A stretch of DNA of 63,537 nt, counting the filler, from Atractiella rhizophila (lineage: Eukaryota): the NCBI GenBank assembly GCA_021432655.1. It is 6 parts of 5 records of this genome, joined end to end, with 100 filler letters (N's around TTAATTAATTAA, not from the genome) between each part and the next. Parts side by side here need not be neighbours in the genome. Positions count along the whole stretch, not along the records: positions 39,395 to 44,480 come from MU271344.1; positions 44,581 to 55,391 come from MU271344.1; 4 more parts are not named here. One strand, given 5' to 3'. Position 1 is the first letter of the stretch. Every line of letters begins with the position of its first letter. The notes beneath the pieces were generated by a model that saw only the letters and a list, made by a program, of their open reading frames with translations, was not told the origin of the DNA and searched no databases. Shown one piece after another: positions 39,995 to 52,589 of the stretch. Position numbers and translations under genes: made by a program.

Positions 39995-42445
39995 TTAAGC
40001 CTGCTGTTCACGCCCTCTCTCGTCTGCATCCTTCTTCTCCTTCTCCACGGCCTTCCTCTTCTTTTCCTCCAACCACAACTTACTCTTCGCCTTCAACTCC
40101 TTTTCATCCTCCCTCCTCAGAGTGACTTCGGCGATGAAAAACAGGGAGACAAAGAAAGAGAGTCCAGCGACGGCTGTGGCGATGAGGAAGATGACGCGGA
40201 ATCCTTGACGATACCCTGCTATCGCTGCCGCCTTCTGTGCAGCTGTGAGAGAGGTGGTTGCATCCTGGATAGACGCTGGGTCGTCGAGGATCGAGGATAT
40301 TAGTTGTTCGGAAAAATTGGCTCCTCGGAGGTGGGAGCGTAGGGAGTTGTTCCTGCCGTCGGATGCACAGAATCAGTTCCATTGGAGGCTGTGTCGTGAG
40401 GGAATACGTTACAGAATCGTGGAGGCTACACAAATGATTAGTGCAAAAACAGCTCAGCGCAAGGAGAATCGTACCAATTGCCAGGCCAATAGTGCCTCCA
40501 AGTTGGCGAATGAAGTTCCTCACAGATGTCACGACTGACATCTCTTTCCGAGGAACCGAAGCTTGAGCAGCAATGAGTGTCGTTTGGAACGTTTGACCTG
40601 CACCTATGCCACTTAGCAAAAGGTATCCCACAGCTTGTCCCGGAGTCGAATGTTCATCCAAAGTCGAAACCAGACCGACTCCAACCGTCCATATCGCCCA
40701 TCCTAACAGGATGTTGACTTTATATCGACCGGTTCGCGAAACAATCAAGCCTGACACGAGACTAGCCACGGCTTGGATGGACATGAGAGGGAGCAAGAGT
40801 AAACCGCTTGTGATTGGAGAATAGCCCCGCAATACTTGGTAGAGTTGAGGGACGAAGAAGAGGGAGGTGTAGAATATGTGGCCGTTGCCTAAAGAGGTTG
40901 CGAGGACACCGGAAATTGTGGCGTTTCGAAAGATTCGGAGAGGGATGATGGGAATGCGAGCTGCCTTCCACTCCCACATCAAGAAAATGGCGAAAATCCC
41001 TATCGAGGCGACCAAGATGCCTAGAACGATGCCAGAATCCCAGGGATATTCCACTCCTCCCCAATTAAGCGACAAGAGCAGGAGAACAGAGCCGCATGTG
41101 ATCAGAATAGATCCGCCATAGTCGATTTTCAGCAATTTCCTCCATGAAAACATACAAGTCAGCGGCAAGAAGTTAGTTGTGTCGTTTTACTTACTCCTTG
41201 AACTCGCCCTTCACGTGCCGCAGAGGAAGCGCAAAGATGACGACCAGTGAAGCTATGATAGACAGAGGCAGGTTGATAAAGAAAGACCATCTAAAAGCGA
41301 TTAAACGATTATTCAAGATTCTGTTCACTGATTCAACTCACCGCCATGTGGCTTTCTCAGCGAGCACTCCTCCAAGTGTCGGCCCAACTCCGCTTCGTCT
41401 CTTGTCAGCCGACGCAATAGGAGGAGTATCCTAAGGCTTACTTTGCGAAAGCAATTGTGACTCCTATAAAGCCCTGATATTTTCCTCGATCTCTCAAGCT
41501 GACAACATCACTGACATCTTGTCAGTCTGATAGCCGCCTTTAAGCAAGAGTACCAACCTAATAATAATCATAGTAAGGGATATAATTCCTAGAGATCCCA
41601 TGATGAGCTAGGTAGTGAAGAGAGAATGAATGCCATCGTTACCTCCACCTCCAATGCCAGCAAAGGCTCGAAAAACGATTAATTGAGTCATCGACTGTGC
41701 AACGCCACAAGCGAGCGTCCAGACAAAAAAATTGGCCAACGAGAACAGCATTACTCTTTTCCGTCCGAATATGTCGCTGAACCGACCGAAGAGAGGTTGA
41801 AAGGAAGTCGATGTCAAAAGGTATGCGGTAGCAACCCAAGTCGACTCTTTGCCCGCTTTGAAGTCTTGGGATATTCGAGGTAAACTCGTGGCGACCTATT
41901 GACAATCATGTCTTAATTGATTCTACAGTTTTTTGAAAGTACCTGTGTCTGGTCCAGCATTGGAAGCACAATGGCGAGTGCGAGACCACAAAAGACCTGC
42001 GACAACGTTCAACACTACTATGAAGCAGTTACCGAAGAATGCGAACAATTATCAAGGCTTTCCGTGGGAGCAAGTTGGTTTGCTCCTGAAGTTGATTATC
42101 ACTATTTCCAATAGGTGGGTCCTTAGTTGATGGCTCGCCAGGGCTGCCTTTCTCGAGATCATCCGCCTGAGAACCTGAAGGTTCTTCTAGGCCGCTTTTG
42201 TTCTCTTCCACATCCTTCCTAATGTCTTCATCAAGACTCTTTTTATCAAACTCTTCTTCTTTCTCGCCGCTTTTCGTATTATTCTCGTCTGTAACGAGAG
42301 TTTTTGCATCGTCTCGATGATAAGACGCCGTGTCAGAATGTCGTTTCGGTTTCGTTTCCAAGTCCTTCCCTCCCAAGGTCGACTCAACCTCAGCTTCGAG
42401 CTGAGAGCCCTTTCTCTTCATCTTCAAAGCCTTCAGAAAACTCAT
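39995..42445 (-). CDS. MFS drug:H+ antiporter, DHA2 family (multi-exon)
   Basis: LTSTSFQPLFGRFSDIFGRK, CGVAQSMTQLIVFRAFAGIGGG, WSFFINLP, LSLNWGGVEYPWDS, VRNFIRQLGGTIGLAIG. Confidence 0.92.
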
Positions 42446-42950
42446 TACGAAGTATCACGAAGCACTGCGACTAAGACCACAACGCAAAACCTGTGACCTG
42501 AAGGTAAGGAACTGGACTAGATTCCCCTCTGCTCCCAACTCGAGCTAAGTAGGTGAAAGCTAGCAACCTTTATATGAAGAAGGCACACGACCTAGCAATG
42601 AAATTCGCCTCAGTGGCAGCGGCAGAGAACGGCATTGTCCGCTATTGAAGCAACATCGAGGCCGAAGGAGAAGAGCCGTTCGGCCGTGCTACGTGATAGG
42701 CACGTGACAACAAGACGGAGAACGAATAGTAGATATTATCCCAATAACATCGAGGGGTGTGGATATAAACCAATATCGAAAAGTATAGGAGGCTCAATAT
42801 TAAAATGTCAGCGGGCGTCATCCGTCAATACTGGGCTGAGCGTGCCCGTCTCCCTGTTAGATTTCCCACAGGAGACTGATGGTCTAGGCACAAGCCATCA
42901 GTCATCAGCAGTCCAATTAGAAATTCGACACGTTACGCAGGTGCTCCAAG

Positions 42951-44391
42951 CTATTTCTCGTCCTCCTTCCCCTTCTTCTCACGCGAACCACCCACAACGT
43001 CCAGCGCGACGAGCACCTTCATCTCCTGCAACCCATACTTGGACGCAACCTTCCTTTCCTCCAACCTCTCCTCCGTCCCTGGCAGGTGAGTTCTCAAGAC
43101 CTCTGCAATTCGATGCGCTTCGTTCCAAATCGCGATCAACTCTGGTACCTGCCAACGCCACCACCAAACACAACCAAGTTCAGTAGTCAGACCTAATAAC
43201 GCGTGATATTGGAGGTGAGGTCGGTTCATGGCGGAAAACTGACTTGATACGCCGCGCTCAACCCGCTCACTCCAGGAGAAGCGACAAGCCACGTCTCTCC
43301 TCCTTCGGGAAGGAGGACCTTGAGCGGTACTACGAACTGGCTCGGTTTCAATTTGTTCGGTTTGGGTAGTTTGAGCGACGGCGGAAGCGTGGCGATGATG
43401 TGCTCGTATATTTTTAAGGCCGTGAAGATGACGATCCTACTCGTCGAATCCATACGTATCAACTTCTCTTTGTTGCACACATAATCAGGGGAGAGAACGA
43501 AGTCGCACCGTGGTCTGCATTGCACTATTTTGCGAAACACTTCCGGTACGCCACCTTGGCATTCTGCGTCTGAGACTTCTGCAAACTAACCCCATGAGAG
43601 GACACTCTTTAGCTTATGGGCTATTTAGGAGGAGGAAGGGGACGAACTTGTCTGGTTGGACGTTGAACTAAGTCTAGTATCCCGATGGAATACTTTGAAG
43701 GGAAGTTGGGAGAATCAGGAGGCTTGACTGTGTCACCGTTTGTAAAACCTAGACACATGGATTTCAATCCACTGAAGCGAAACTGAAAGTGGGCATACCG
43801 CTTTGTGAGAGGACTTTGTAGAATCGGTTGCCGGGATGAGCATAATGGTAGCCTGTTTGTATTCAACTTTTTGTGGCTGAAATGCTGTACGTGGAAGAAT
43901 GTGTATACCTTGTTTAGACGATTCTATTCCAGGATTGCAACCACAGAAGATGACTGTCAACACAAACATCAATTCTCTGTAATTATGCATTTTTGGAACG
44001 ACAACTCACCATGCAGATTCTCGCCCAACCTATCAGTGATAGGTTCAAGACCTTGATACGCCTTCGGATCCATATTCGGTTTCTTTCCAACCCTCACTTT
44101 CTTCTTCACAGTCTCGACAGAAGCTTCCCCATCCACTGTATTAAGACTCCTCTTTCGCTTCAAACTGTCCCCATCACCAGGGGTCACCTCCGTGGACGCG
44201 GAATCGCTTTCTTCTCGTTGTTTATCGCTCGTAGTAGCTACTGTGAGAGAAGCAGCGGTAGGATGCAGCCTGGGACTTCTACGTGGCGGTTTGGAAGCCT
44301 CTGCAGAGTCAGCCGTGTCTGAGAAGGCGAAGCCTGCAAGCATGTCTGCGAACAGTTTGCCAGAGTTTGATTGGGATACTGTAGGTGCCAT
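42951..44391 (-). CDS. G/U mismatch-specific uracil/thymine DNA glycosylase (TDG/MUG family)
   Basis: VIFCGCNPGIESS..G|HHYAHPGNRFYKVL...IGILDLVQRPT; family-2 UDG motif GxNPG present. Confidence 0.85.
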
Positions 44392-47300
44392 TGCGCCTCT
44401 ATGAATGCTCTGATGAATGCTGTGTAACTGTGTGAAAGACGATGTGAACGTAGTCATCAACATGAATATGCATTCTGAAGNNNNNNNNNNNNNNNNNNNN
44501 NNNNNNNNNNNNNNNNNNNNNNNNTTAATTAATTAANNNNNNNNNNNNNNNNNNNNNNNNNNNNNNNNNNNNNNNNNNNNGTCTTTGCAGCGACAGTCGT
44601 CGTTCTCTCTCCTTTTCGATCCCTGGTTCACAAGAGATTCCGGAGATCAGTTTGCTCTCGTATCCTGAAGTCGAAGTCACGCTAAACGGTGCCCTCTACC
44701 ACAGACAATGTCAACTATTCAAAATGGACTACCGATTGTTTTCCCTGTTGTGACAGAACTTGCACGTCAAGAAGCATTCAACCTTCCCAAGCCTCTCCAA
44801 GATGCCCCAATTGAAGATTCTAGCACTAGGACATGTTTATGCCTTTTAGGAGACAGTGGAAAAGTTCTCCGGCTGCCAGTGGCTGCAGTGCGCCATCCAT
44901 GCATGTCAGTGTGATATTGAACCACTGCGGACTGTGCGATGCTCCTTCCTTCCTTATCGGTGAATGGACCTTACAGTACCCAAAAAGGGAATGTCCTTCC
45001 TGATCAGCAAGTAACGACGCGCGTCGACGCGCACATGCGTTGTCGAATTGGACCACACCGCCCTGAAAGAGCAACAACGCCTTCCGACTCTCAAGTTTTG
45101 TGATTTTGTCATTCTTGTACTCCGATCTCCCGCCATTTTGCCTGTTAAGGAAAGGACGGGAGTTGGATGAGTCGTATTGGGAGCAGCAGTTGGATTTAGG
45201 TCTTGACAAGGTGCTCGCGCGCTAAAAGTGAGCGCGATTTATTTACGTTGGAATTGGTTCTTTATTTCTGTGTGAGCCGTTCGCTGTGCTTAATTTCGTC
45301 TGCCCACTTTTTTCACATAACTTTGATCCTGTGAGGACATTCAGTAACTTGTGGTGTGTATCGGAGGCATGGAGACGCTTAAGCTGCGTCAGAGGATTGG
45401 AAATCAATGAGCTTCGTTGGCCGGGTCGATTGATCAAAGCGCCGTTTGCAGGATCAGCTCATTCACAATGCCTCATCTTGGAATCTCAACGATCTCATCC
45501 TTGACGCAAGCTGTCCTAAGGTTTACAGTAGTAGTGCTAGGGCTAAAAGCAATCAATCGCTCTAATTCGAGAGTAAGGACGGCTAATATATCATCTCAAA
45601 AACGCGTCAATTCAGCTCTGCAGGTTTGATGAGGTGATGACCCTGCCTTGATATTTGACCCCGTCATTATATTCCGGAGCGCGTAAAGCCTGCTCCTATA
45701 CGACCTCTGCAGTATTTCCCCAAGCTCAGTCCCTTGACACTGCTTGACGAAATAGGCAGCACGCAAAACGCTAGCGTTCAATCAACGTCTTCACGTCCTA
45801 TTCACAACGCTAACGCTGCTCCTAGTTGTTCCGTTCAAGTCAGCTCTCAGCCCAGGTTTTCGTGGGGAAGTGAAGCATCAACAGACGGCATAGTAATGAT
45901 TTGATTGCAAAGGGGCCGAATGACCCCAATTCCGCTGGTGCCCGTGACGTGTGCTCCCTTTTCTTCAGTTATTATGCGTTCGTCCGTGTCGTTATGCCTA
46001 GACGCGCTGAAGGGGATCGGTTACAGTTACCTCACTTCGATTCTTGGCAAGTTGGTGAGTCCATTGTGTTTGGACCCGTAAGGAATGAAGTGCGTTTTGT
46101 CACGACTTTAGCTCGGCAGGGGAAAAGCTGCGAGGTATTAATGTGGAAGCATTTCAGAAATGAATTGCATTCAGCTTCCGTCATTTCTTGTTCGGGAAAC
46201 AGAGGCTGTCCCTTTATTCCATTTGATTGAGAAAGCAAGCGTGAGGAGGAGGCATCTTGATGAATTTGGATGAATCGGAATGAATCACCTTGAACTCCTC
46301 TGAAGCTGTCTGCCCGGGCTCACTCTATCTAGCTGACCCTCCGACCTGACATCGCGGGATGTTTGGGTCGGCACCGACCTTTATTCCATTTTGGGATCAG
46401 GTATCGTCACTTCAAACAAGGAAAACAGGCTCCAGGGCATAGCTTGTGTTGGGCTTGTGTTGTTTGCCAATCTCAGCGGTGGAAGGACTGCATGAAGGAC
46501 GTTCGAGGAACGTCGACTTGCACACGCGCCACTAATACAGCGAGTTACACCACAAGCACAAGCACAGCACCGGGAAGAGGAAGTCGAGATCCCTTCACGT
46601 GCTCAATTGCAACCACTGCGTGCTCTGTCTTTTTCAATGGAGCTCATTGAAGGTCGATGTGTCTGGTACGTTCATAGTTAGGAAGTTCCCTACCCCATCC
46701 ACTTACCTGTCGAGGGAAAACATACCCTGAAAAGACGTCCGATAATCTCTAGGGCAACACGAACGGGGTCTATCGTGCTAACCACTTTGACGGTTTTAGG
46801 CTCCCGTGCGAGAACTAACCATGTCACTGCTTTCTTCTACCTGTCGTTTCCCTACTGGCTATCGTCTCTCGAGACCCTCTGACGTTCCCCTGCCTCAGCT
46901 TACCAGAAAGCTGAAACACTCGTTCTTACGTCCCGTCGTTCGCTTTCCCCCTTTTGCAGTCAGCTGCCACCCAAAATACCAACGTGTCGATTCTGTCGAA
47001 GCATTAAGCGAGGTCAGAACACGCTATGTAGAGTAGAGACGAGAGATTTACTTCGCTAGCCGCACCTGTCCTACCCGTGAGGCGACTAAAACACGACAAA
47101 GTTCTCGGGAACCTTCAGGCGTACGCCACTCGGCGGTAGGCCGCGCGTAAGCTCGTTGAGTTTGGGTTGGCTTGTTGGCTCCTTCCACGGTTTGTCGAGC
47201 TGAGAACCTTCTCGTTTTAAGTTAAGCTGAGTCACCGAGTTTTACATGACACAACTGTGGTCTTGGAATTGTCGTGGTCTAGGAATTGTGGTATATAATT

Positions 47301-47876
47301 TCAGAGAGTTTTTGCTGAGGTAGGGAATTGTTAAAACCTAAGCGCTAGAGGAGTAGGGTTACGTTTAAAATAGAGATTTGTCATTATCCAAACCAAACAT
47401 TAGAGAACCTCCATAATGACTTTTATTAAAAGAATGATTTGTCACAAAAAGAGTCCTTCATTCACAGTAACGTTAAAAAAAAAAAAACGCGTTTAAGTTC
47501 CCTATACCGTTCGGTTGATAAACGGATTCACAGTCGCGCTGATAGAGTCTAGAGTTGCTTTCCTTCAGTCGAACTCAGTATTAGCCCTTCCTCATGAGGA
47601 GTAAACTCCTCGATATAGAATCACTTCTTCTACATTAAAGGAATGGTTTTATATACTCTCACATCAACTCTGGACAGTACTCCATAAGGCCCGTAAGGCC
47701 ATAGTTATGGTAGTTTTGACCTGTGTTTTAACATGCAACAATTCCTAGATACCATAAAAAAACTCGTATCAACAATTTGATGACCACGGCTGTGTNNNNN
47801 NNNNNNNNNNNNNNNNNNNNTCCAGCCGATAGAGGGGGAGGAACACAAGAGAGGCAGACCAAGAGGAGCAAGAACA

Positions 47877-49912
47877 ATGCAGGCGGATGAAGTTGGCTCT
47901 GGATCGTTGCGGATTGCCTCTGGCTCTGGATCTACCTCCGGGACTAAAGGACGACGACCCTTACCCCTCCCTCCGTCGAGTAATAACATTTCTCCTACCC
48001 TGAACGACCTTTGTCCTTCCACTTCGATAACCATTTCTCCTACCCTAAACGAGCCTTGTCCTTCCACTTCGACCACTAGCTCCATCCGCTCGGTCCGCCC
48101 TCTTCCAACCCCAACCAAAGTAGAAGAAGCGGAGATGCAGGCACCCATCGAATCTCGAACACGTACAATCTCCCTCCCTTCGTCACCCTCACACTCAGAT
48201 TTTCCTCCATCCACATTGCCGTATCTCCGAACTGCAAGTTCGTCGAGATTCGAAGCCATGCCAGAAGCCTCAACTTCCCAGAAGACCATCCTTCCACTTC
48301 GATCACCATTTCTCCTACCCTAAACGAGCCTTGTCCTTCCACTTCGACCACTAGCTCCATCCGCTCGGTCCGCCCTCTTCCAATCCCAACCAAAGTAGAA
48401 GAAGCGGAGATGCAGGCACCCATCGAATCTCGAACACGCACACTCTCCCTCCCTTCGTCACCCTCACACTCAGATTTTCCTCCATCCACATTGCCGTATC
48501 TCCGGGCTGCAAGTTCGTCGAGATTCGAAGCCATGCCAGAAGCCTCGACTTCCCAGAAGACCATCGAACAGACATCTTCCATGCCATCCTCTTCAAGATC
48601 CGTGGTCATGCAGAAGGACCCTCCAGCGAGTCCTCCGACCTTTGCGACAACTTCAAGCAGTCTGCGCTCGAAGACGCACTCTAAGGAAGAAACGCTGATT
48701 CCTTCCTCCGTACGGAGTTCTCAGCCTAGAACAGAAGATCTCATCGGTCCACCTCGATCGACTCCAAGAGAACAAAATCCCCTGAGAGTCAACAGAGACA
48801 AAATAGTAGCTCCTGTCGCCATAAAGCCTTCCGCCTCACAGAAGCAAGTTTCAGCCGCGGGACCGGAGTCGTCAAGCTCTAGCGGGAAGAAGAATTCAGC
48901 CCTCGAAAAGGTTTCGAGGAAAACGATGGAAATTCAGATTGATGTATCACCTGTGACGCCACCTCCATTCTCAGATCTCGTCCCACGACGGCTACTGGAG
49001 CCCCCCCTCTCACTTTCAGTTGACGGTCACGGATCATTGGAGCTGTCTGATCAGCATGTGAAGCCCCTTCGCTCTCCTCCTTCCATGCCACAGCTTCGAC
49101 TTCAGCCTTCGAACCCAGAACCAGGGGATCGCTTTCCTCCAGCAAAGCTGGTGAAGAAGAGCAAAATGAGGGAGATTCTGAGTGCACAAAAGGGTGAGAC
49201 GGGGATGACGGCTGAACGGCGGTCAAAGGATGCAGAGACCGGTCAAGAGTTTTCCAAATCCGATCCTTCTACTGCATCGAAGCGACCACCACCCTTGGTT
49301 TCTCAGGCTTCCCATCTTCTTGCATCCAATTATACGATCGTCAACGAGCCTGAAACTCTTCTTCCACCTTCACCTTACTTTCATGGCTCGATGGGACAAA
49401 GCTCAAAATCTTCATCCTTACCCAGCAGTCCGCTTCCAACACCCAATTCCGTCCATAACGTCAGTAGCTTCAGTTCACCAAAACCTAGTCCCACGTCTCT
49501 GTACCACTTCAATACCCCTTCTCCCACTTTCGCTGCGACCTCTCAAGGGTCTCACGATTCCTCAATGTCGCACCGTAGTCGATGTAGCGCAAACGATTAC
49601 GCAAGACTCGATCCGTCCCGCTATACCTCTTTCCCTCTCATGTCCGCCCCACCTTCCACCACGATGTCTCGCACTCTTCCTCAACAACTCTCCCCGCAAC
49701 CATCTTCAGCAGATCTTCGAAACCCGTCTGCAACTACGAAGAAGCCTCGCTCCTCGTTCGATTCACCCCAAGTGATGTCTACCAAGTCAAACTTGTCAAG
49801 GGAAGAGACACATCGGACCTTCAAACTTCCTCTCTCATCCAACAAACCGCTCCCACCCGATCCTGCCATTCTTTCGCTTCAACGCCAATTCGACGACATC
49901 ATGCACTCATAG
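47877..49912 (+). CDS. Hypothetical Ser/Pro-rich low-complexity protein, frame broken by an internal 275-nt duplication
   Basis: ORFs 47877-48323 and 48410-49912 (500 aa) share the duplicated segment MQAPIESRTRT...EASTSQKTI. Confidence 0.6.
47987..48565. repeat. Nested tandem repeats: 45-nt unit x2 (47987-48076) and 275-nt unit x2 (48014-48290, 48289-48565)
   Basis: Alignment by eye; the 275-nt copies differ by a handful of substitutions. Confidence 0.9.
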
Positions 49913-50316
49913 TCGACCCTGGTGCTTTCATTTGTTACTTAGCCTGCAGTTTTTGGTGTGAATGCTGTGCTTGTAGACGACATCGGTAACTTGTGGGACC
50001 CGTCGTAAATTATCCAAGGTCAGACTTTGATATCCGTTGTACACTATTTTACCATGTATACTTCACTGCAACCCGATTCAGTTCCATTGCCGGTAGAATA
50101 TGCTGCTGCTCCGTTCCTTGAACGCAAACAGCAAAAGATATTTCCAACTGTATAGTGTAACTCTAAGGCGCTATAGCAGGTAGTCCCTTTTCTTGTGCTG
50201 CTCTCATCCCTATCAATTAAGGAAAACGAGGCGTCATGCCGCTCAGCTCTGAACGAGCTTGACCCCTTTCCTCTGTCCCATTACAAGAACATAAATCCTG
50301 ACCCAACAAAAACTAA

Positions 50317-51096
50317 CTACAGTCCCCCGCCACCAATCCTCGCTGCCAATCTTCCCAGACTTCGCTTCGCCAATGCGTACTGCCGCGACCATAGTACCGC
50401 GAGGGCTAGGAAGAAGAATGTGAGGTTCGTGCCCTGTACCATATTTGGGAGCAGAGATGAGTTCCTTTCTGCATTAGCGGGGATAAAATGGAGGATAGTG
50501 AGGAAGAGGGAGGAAACGAGACGCACGACAAACTCCCAATAATCCCTACGCTCCTTTGAGATTGCCCGTAAACAAGGCTCCCAAACCTCCCACGTCTCTT
50601 CCCTTCCTCCCCCTCTCTCTTCTACCTCTCCTCCACGGTCCAATAAGAAAGTTTGGTCGGTTTCTCCCCCGTGCGCTTCCCGCCCACTTCCTTCTCCAGA
50701 ATGCTTCCGTTCCGCCTCCTCCCACTCTTTCCAACTCGGCAGGTGCTCTTTTGAGCCTGAAGAAGAAGAATGAGGAGGAGAGGCGTCGACGTAGGTACAA
50801 CCTAGCAACCGGTGCGCGTGCGTTGCTGGACAGCTGGTTGGAGGGTTCGGAAAGGAGGAGAAGGAGGGAAGGAGGAGGGTGGTGCATTCTAGACAAGCGG
50901 AAAGGGGTCGACACATGTATGGTCTATTCGGATGAGGATGTGGAAGTTGGGCTGCCACGACGGCACTTTCGAGATAACGTTCATCGCTTGAATGTATACT
51001 GGGAGGAGAGACACACCTTTGTAGCGAGAGAGAGACGAGGAACGATACCTTGCCCTTGCCCTTCCCTTTCCTGCTATGTTTGCTTTGGTGGCACAT
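50317..51096 (-). CDS. JTB-like small Cys-containing single-pass membrane protein (start uncertain)
   Basis: Pattern YMCRPLSACLEC...SCPATHAHRLLGC...VWEPCLRAISKERRDYWEFV, then a TM segment and RLAARIG. Family call from recalled pattern. Confidence 0.5.
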   Translation of the reverse strand: MCHQSKHSRKGKGKGKVSFLVSLSLQRCVSPPSIHSSDERYLESAVVAAQLPHPHPNRPYMCRPLSACLECTTLLLPSFSSFPNPPTSCPATHAHRLLGCTYVDASPPHSSSSGSKEHLPSWKEWEEAERKHSGEGSGREAHGGETDQTFLLDRGGEVEERGGGREETWEVWEPCLRAISKERRDYWEFVVRLVSSLFLTILHFIPANAERNSSLLPNMVQGTNLTFFFLALAVLWSRQYALAKRSLGRLAARIGGGGL

Positions 51097-51387
51097 GGCA
51101 GCAGCCAAATTTGAACCAGTCTCTAACCTCTTCTTCCTGGAGTGACGGCCACCTCTTGAGAGCACTAATATAGATTGTGCTCTCCCAACTCGCAAGTTTC
51201 TACTGCCAGCGCAAGTTCTCCTCTCCTTTTTCGCCGTTATTAAATTACCTGCGCTGAAGCGGTCAGCGGTCGGATTCCTTGAAGCTGCAAAGAAGCACAG
51301 ACGCGTCACCACTCAGCAACTCTCAAAAGATTATCCTTCGGGCTTCAGCAGCAAACGTCAGGCCTGCCATATTCAGGAAACAGTACC

Positions 51388-52033
51388 ATGGTATGTTTCT
51401 CCCACAGTAAAGTGAGGAGATGTGCTGATGGCTCCTCATTGGCACAGGGTCCGCCAACTTCCCATCCTCTTCCCCTCCCCAAACCGCCACTCCCAACCCC
51501 TCAACCGGGAGTGAAATATTACTTTCAGAACAAGATTGAGGATTTGAAGTTGGAGATAAATAGGCGGACGAGAGATTTGAGGCGGTTAGAAGCGACAAGG
51601 AATGGTTTAAATGCTAAAGGTACGTTCTACCTCTTCCTCCTTGGGAAGTGGAAAAATGGCGCGGTGTAAAGGAGGAGGAGTATACGTATGCATCATAAGG
51701 CATGCTGCAGACTGTATCACGAATGATGAGGACGCAGCTTGACTAGTTGATACTCGACAAGCTTGATGGCTCCATTGTCCAGTATTCACTCTGAAGCAAC
51801 AAGCCGTCCAAGGACTGCACCTATAAATCTTTGCCCGAATGACTGTTACGCTTTGCTATCGTCTCGCATCCCTCTTCCTAGAATGTCGTTAATTGTTTCT
51901 GGTGTATGAACAGTCCGACTGCTACGCGAAGAGCTCCAACTTCTTCAAGAGCCAGGGTCTTACGTCGGAGAGGTCGTGAAGTTGATGGGAAAGAAGAAGG
52001 TTCTGGTCAAGATCCAACCAGAAGGAAAATACG
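51388..52033 (+). pseudogene. RPT6: Truncated RPT6 copy (first three exons only)
   Basis: M|GPPTSH...[58 protein letters not shown]..., ending at the duplication junction. Confidence 0.8.
51723..51794 (+). ncRNA. Candidate box C/D snoRNA (copy in the truncated RPT6 intron 2)
   Basis: ATGATGA at 51723 and CTGA at 51791; nearly identical to the copy at 53220. Confidence 0.4.
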
Positions 52034-52090
52034 GTCCGTGCTCCCATCCTATCCTCTCCAGTATTCAGCTCATCGCCTGAACGAATTGGA

Positions 52091-52589
52091 CTTCCTCCGC
52101 CTCTCTCTTCTACCTCTCCTCCACGGTCCAATAAGAAAGTTTGGTCGGTTTCTCCCTCGTGCGCTTCCCGCCCACTTCCTTCTCCAGAATGCTTCCGTTC
52201 CGCCTCCTCCCACTCTTTCCAACTCGGAAGGTGCTCTTTTGAGCCTGAAGAAGAAGAATGAGGAGGAGAGGCGTCGACGTAGGTGCAACCTAGCAACCGG
52301 TGCGCGTGCGTTGCTGGACAGCTGGTTGGAGGGTTCGGGAAGGAGGAAAAGGTGGGGAGGAGGGGTGTGGTGCATTCTAGACAGGCGGAAAGGGGTCGAC
52401 ACATGTATGGTCTGTTCGGATGTGGATGTGGAAGTTGGGCTGCCACGACGGCACTTTCGAGATACCGTTCATCGCTTGAATGTAACGGGGAGGAGAGACA
52501 CACCTTTGTAGCGAGAGAGAGACGAGGAATGATACCTTGCCCTTGCCCTTGCCCTTCCCTTTCCTGCTATGTTTGCTTTGGTGGCACAT
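52091..52589 (-). pseudogene. 3'-truncated copy of the JTB-like gene
   Basis: Same peptide as 50317-51096 up to EVEERGGG, then runs into the junction and lacks the TM tail. Confidence 0.7.
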
